A DNA stretch of 64,000 nucleotides from Takakia lepidozioides (lineage: Eukaryota > Plantae > Bryophyta), in contig CM060732.1 in assembly GCA_030704615.1 (NCBI GenBank), forward strand, positions 62,124,001 to 62,188,000. The letters are read 5' to 3'. Positions within the stretch are counted from its first letter, which is position 1; each line of letters begins with the position of its first letter. The position numbers and the translations under genes are program-made. Positions 61,001 to 64,000 of this stretch are shown here, piece after piece. The notes beneath the pieces were generated by a model. That model searched no databases and was not told the DNA's origin. It saw only the letters and a list, made by a program, of their open reading frames with translations.

Positions 61001-61777
61001 GCCCAGCTGCGCTCAGAGCTTTCTGAAATGCGCCTTCAGCTGGAGGCTGTGCAAAGTAAGCAGCTTCATCGGGAGACTATATTGAAGGCTGGTGGAAACA
61101 ACCACTTCGACAAGGAGAACTTTAGGCGGTGGATATCACTACGGCTAGGGACGAGTGACAGCACCGTGTATTGGTACAGCACTGGTGAGCTTTACAGCTA
61201 CCCAAATGGTGAGCTGCTGGTGCGTGTGGAGGGGCTGGATGTGACACGGGCCCTCGTGATGGGCCCCAACAGTGTGCACCAAGTGTCACGTAAGCTATTT
61301 GTGTTTCGAGACAAGGACTCCAATGCTGTCCTGTCAGATTACAATGGAACTCCTGTCATGCCTGTTGTCTACCCTTACCAACGCATTGCGTATACTCTGT
61401 CTGGTGACCATCTCCTCACGGAGGCATCAAGCGGATCTGGTCACCAGCTAACCACTTTACATGGCAACATGGTCAGTATACGGCATTTGACGAACACCAG
61501 CAAACTGGTCTTCACTTGCCCTGTATTCCTGAATCTCCAGACTACAAAAGGAGACTACCAGTCGTATGAAAACTATGACTACTTCATGGACAAAGCAGAT
61601 GAGGAACACGGCAACCATTGCTCCATGGTGCGAATGGGGGCTACCCCCCCATTTTCCAACACCGCTGTCATGCACCTCAATGGCTGGCGCCTTGACCACT
61701 TTGACCTTCTTCCTCAAAGTATCAAAGACTATGTGGCACGTCACGGCCAGCTATGGACAGAGGCCCCATGTAACTAG
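58058..61777 (+). CDS. intronless 1239-aa protein: N-terminal hydrophobic anchor, disordered region, repetitive coiled coil, C-terminal DUF1838-like domain
   Basis: Uninterrupted 3.7-kb ORF starting MIPLIGVVAVASLGYVFKK. Five RAL(Q/E)LEWEERL..LEQALEAQR repeats. C-terminus VYWYSTGELYSYPNGELLVRVEGLD..QVSRKLFVFRD resembles DUF1838. The ORF is solid, the domain call is moderate. Confidence 0.8.
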   Translation: MIPLIGVVAVASLGYVFKKGVPNPFRNRDELLNEVNDPDDVKRLNLSVSSEGCENEAPIDGTDNREEDVGSLAGRQENSSQSPCDRKDALHAVETSHGFSPEEETVSDCMQVDDDAVLLLEGEKRFCRGLTPGKDTVWEQVGECGGPLDSSSLTTSSTVGPDRSSVFREGSVLIRESPIAEVLHLPEAKALSEELPGDGGREWDCIIDVDCTDPSSSRLQHRKDSRTVNDGGNQQDSEITPEARRLQSESVAQEHGVQRAESSRHFLEMGRAEQEREKTEGMDTAIGERWRDEELPRIRIAMDNDADTKDVSERQAVVSRSANSLKSERRRKEKGLEIITEGIGRRDNESVVGEEKDVVCVVETLKVASIARALEKPAVAVDGCRMCASLKDRLVAFAARRSKDVNEWRRGFEAGIETQRSIQEVEWMSTFQSKELERAMKDNAVVQTKMDVGRSRLRDMWESVCQDEKKAKAQYALQPQRLALEAGHAMSSKESQEEDAAWVDQKKEECKEKMVQEIQKMRRALQLQWEDKLQEDRTATKTRHEVEAKTQLEQALEAQRFALEAKHGRELDVNQLEDAARWDQKKQEWCQNFVGEIERIHRVLQLEREDNLQQKNAAHKASLEVTGNDKLELALEAQRLGHGAEDSRAFEESRAKGNALVEQTREECELKVVQRIEQVCRALELEWEERLDQDRAVNTARHAADGKEQLEQALMAQRQALEVEHSRVLEERWKEETLQKEEFEQKLIQEVEQAQRALQLEWEERLEQDRVANKVKHSMETTVQLSHALEAQRLAIEVEYGKALKESQEDHSWTSEECEKKLSEEIERISRALQLEWEERLQQDRVANNARHDEAAQRHLELALEAHKLALEAEYATMMEERREKEDKKWLHKLEMEREALLSMAKRVVAQEREMWRASQEPEWEAKLAEERMMWQKAQQEKEREQKLLDERIRKETARLELRAANLESKEVQVRRIKEEAAQLRSELSEMRLQLEAVQSKQLHRETILKAGGNNHFDKENFRRWISLRLGTSDSTVYWYSTGELYSYPNGELLVRVEGLDVTRALVMGPNSVHQVSRKLFVFRDKDSNAVLSDYNGTPVMPVVYPYQRIAYTLSGDHLLTEASSGSGHQLTTLHGNMVSIRHLTNTSKLVFTCPVFLNLQTTKGDYQSYENYDYFMDKADEEHGNHCSMVRMGATPPFSNTAVMHLNGWRLDHFDLLPQSIKDYVARHGQLWTEAPCN

Positions 61778-61962
61778 AATGTACATCATCTTCTTTTATG
61801 TTCACATAGTAGCAGCAAAGTGTCATAATGTAGTCCACAGTCTGCAGTCTGGAAGACGCAAGATGGTAACTTGATGTGACATATGGTAAAGAACCACTTT
61901 GATGCCTCCCAAGTCAGCTGTCGCAGAGGACAGAAAGGACAGAAACTTACAACGGCCACAGG

Positions 61963-62106
61963 GGGCCTGGAAGGGGCATGAAGCTGAGAAGAAGCCATTG
62001 AAGATCTGGGAAGAAGCTCAAGGGTGACACCAAGGGAGATGAACCAAACAAAGCAAAGTATGGAGACATACGAGATTCATAACGAGAAAGTGCTGAAGCA
62101 TCTCTT
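61963..62106 (+). pseudogene. degenerate copy of H2B exon 1
   Basis: gagaagaagcc..gaagaagctcaagggtgacac..aagtatggagacatac.agat..aaagtgctgaagca..tctctt aligns to 50510-50659. Confidence 0.75.
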
Positions 62107-64000
62107 AATTGTGCTTCCTGCAATATCTGGTTGTTGAATCTATTTCAGCTAATCTTGGCAACAGGTCTCGTCGAGTACACCAACGGACTTAGGATCAACA
62201 GTGGGATCAACTCTCTTCCCGCCAAGCTTGTAATTTTACCTCGAAAGTGGGCACTAGATGCCAGCGACACCCAAAAAAGATGGAGAAGCCATGCAAGTCT
62301 GGTGAAGGTGGCTGATCCACTGTTGCCTCAGGTGCACTTGTTACACCATAAGAATTCCAAAACCCTAGTGACCTCCTCATGTGTTCCTCTGCCAATTAGT
62401 GTTGAGGTACAGTTTTCTGCATAAGAGTCTTAGGTGTTCAGAATTCCCACAGGCTCTCTACCTGTCACTTTCTATCTATAATACTGCATTCTAATAATGG
62501 AACCCCAATTGTCCAGGCATGCAAGAGGGAATTGCACAAGAGCAGCCACTTACATCATCGCCAAGTGGGATTCTGCCGGCAGCTCTCAAGAACCATCAGG
62601 TTGGAAGAGATCCAACCTTTGAGGACTCAGTATTTAGGGAGATAGTCTCTCTACTACAGCTACTGCACCTGTAAATGTATGATGTTCTGACGAAGGGGAT
62701 GAGAAAAAGATCTCTGATTGGTTAGATGTCAAAGACAGAAAGAAAGATAACATCCACGAAGGGCCAAGGGCGTGAGACAGGGACAGCAACTTTGCAGAGT
62801 GACTTCACAGGGCTGAAGCCTTAGAATACTGACAATAAAGATGTATATACTTTGTACGACACAGTTTTTGTACAGCTGTTGCAGTCAGTGAGGTAGGATA
62901 CCCTGTTTTGGGCTGATAGGCATGAATTCTCTTTTTGTGGATTTGAAGACGTGAAAAGTTTCTGGAACTCATTAATACTCTAAGAGGATGCTCTGGAGGT
63001 TGGAATGGAATGGATCTTGAGCGGTATGTTTGTAAAGGACAGTAACTGCTTGTTCTGTTGTGCTTGGTAAGCCATGGCCAATGAGTTTTGTGTGGGGAAG
63101 GGTGCAACAGACCAACACTGATAAGAACCTTCTCTGCTTTGTCATCACTAATACATATCAGCATGATCAATGTGAGTGAGTTTGGTAGTGTTGTCTCATA
63201 GACTTCATTGGTGCCAGATATGTGCTGACCTGCTAGTGTAGCAACTAGCTTCACATGTAGAAGCAAACTTTATTGATCTACTCTCCTAGTGTGCACCATT
63301 TGCTTCGAGTGCCTCTCTCATTAGCTGAAGTCACGATGCATAAGACGCCGAGCGGCCACCCGACCGGCCACCCACCTGTCAAATATGTCACATATGAATT
63401 CAATGGCCTCCTCCCCTCACTGTCCACTTCTACTAAATCAGCAGTGACACACCCTATAACTATGACTCATTTCTAATCTAAAGATTTGGTCTAAAGATGG
63501 CCCTCTCTGCCAAAGAAGTCCAGCTCCTTATTAGAATTCGCTAAAGAGTTCAATGAAGTCCGTATTGATGAAACCCGTCCCTCCCTGCCACACAGCAACA
63601 AGGCCGACAGACACTTTAAAGATTGCAGTAGCGCACTGTTTCGATTTTCTCATTTCGCCATAGATGCAGCTATCATTGTGCAAACCCACTTTTGACGTAT
63701 GAGAAAAAAGTACTCTTTGGGAGTGCACAAGATCTTGGAAACACGCTTTTCCTCTAGACATTGCTGTGTTGCTCCATAAGAAAAATTGTACGTGGATTCA
63801 AGGGCACGCTGCCCCAACACCAAGATGGAAATCGGCACTTCTTAGCAGAAATCGAACTAAGAACGACGAGCAATGTTTTGTCAAATCGCCTATGAAAGAT
63901 CCTCTAAGACCAGGCAGATGTAGGAATGTGATGAGGGTCTATCTTCACCCCTTGTGTGTGTAGTGTAAGAACGGGGTAGTGGACAGGGATTGAGTTTTGA

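Noticed and set aside
62400-64000. ORFs 62805-63266 and 63531-63963
   Set aside because: No supportable homology by eye, and the region is cut off by the window edge.

Overview
Eukaryotic, intron-rich nuclear DNA, most likely from a non-seed land plant (bryophyte or lycophyte-like). This is inferred from PLS-type PPR remnants, B3 and DUF674 genes, a telo-box and a plant histone octamer motif. Apparently intact host genes: a double-B3 (REM/VRN1-like) transcription factor (13231-14733 +), a 14-exon DDX54/RH29 DEAD-box helicase (20844-32850 -), an intron-containing histone H2B (50468-51098 +) and an intronless 1239-aa membrane-anchor/coiled-coil/DUF1838-like protein (58058-61777 +). A DUF674 gene (from 52463 +) may be broken. 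Between the genes lie scrambled PPR pseudogene pieces, two tRNA-derived SINE families, LINE fragments, a hAT-type MITE, an integrase fragment and a complex CCAAGTG repeat array. The main finding is a decayed ~9.3-kb element at about 34940-44255. It has a Mutator-like DDE transposase with a GCM-like zinc DNA-binding domain on the + strand. Head-to-head on the - strand is a spliced gene (9 phase-consistent exons, ~1000 aa) that fuses a ParB/Srx-like domain to a prokaryote-type beta-class N4C/N6A DNA methyltransferase fold. Its introns and upstream spacer hold 12 copies of a 20-bp palindrome (TGAGTGCG-N4-CGCACTCA), a parS-like arrangement. All domain calls come from manual motif recognition and need HMM or structure confirmation.
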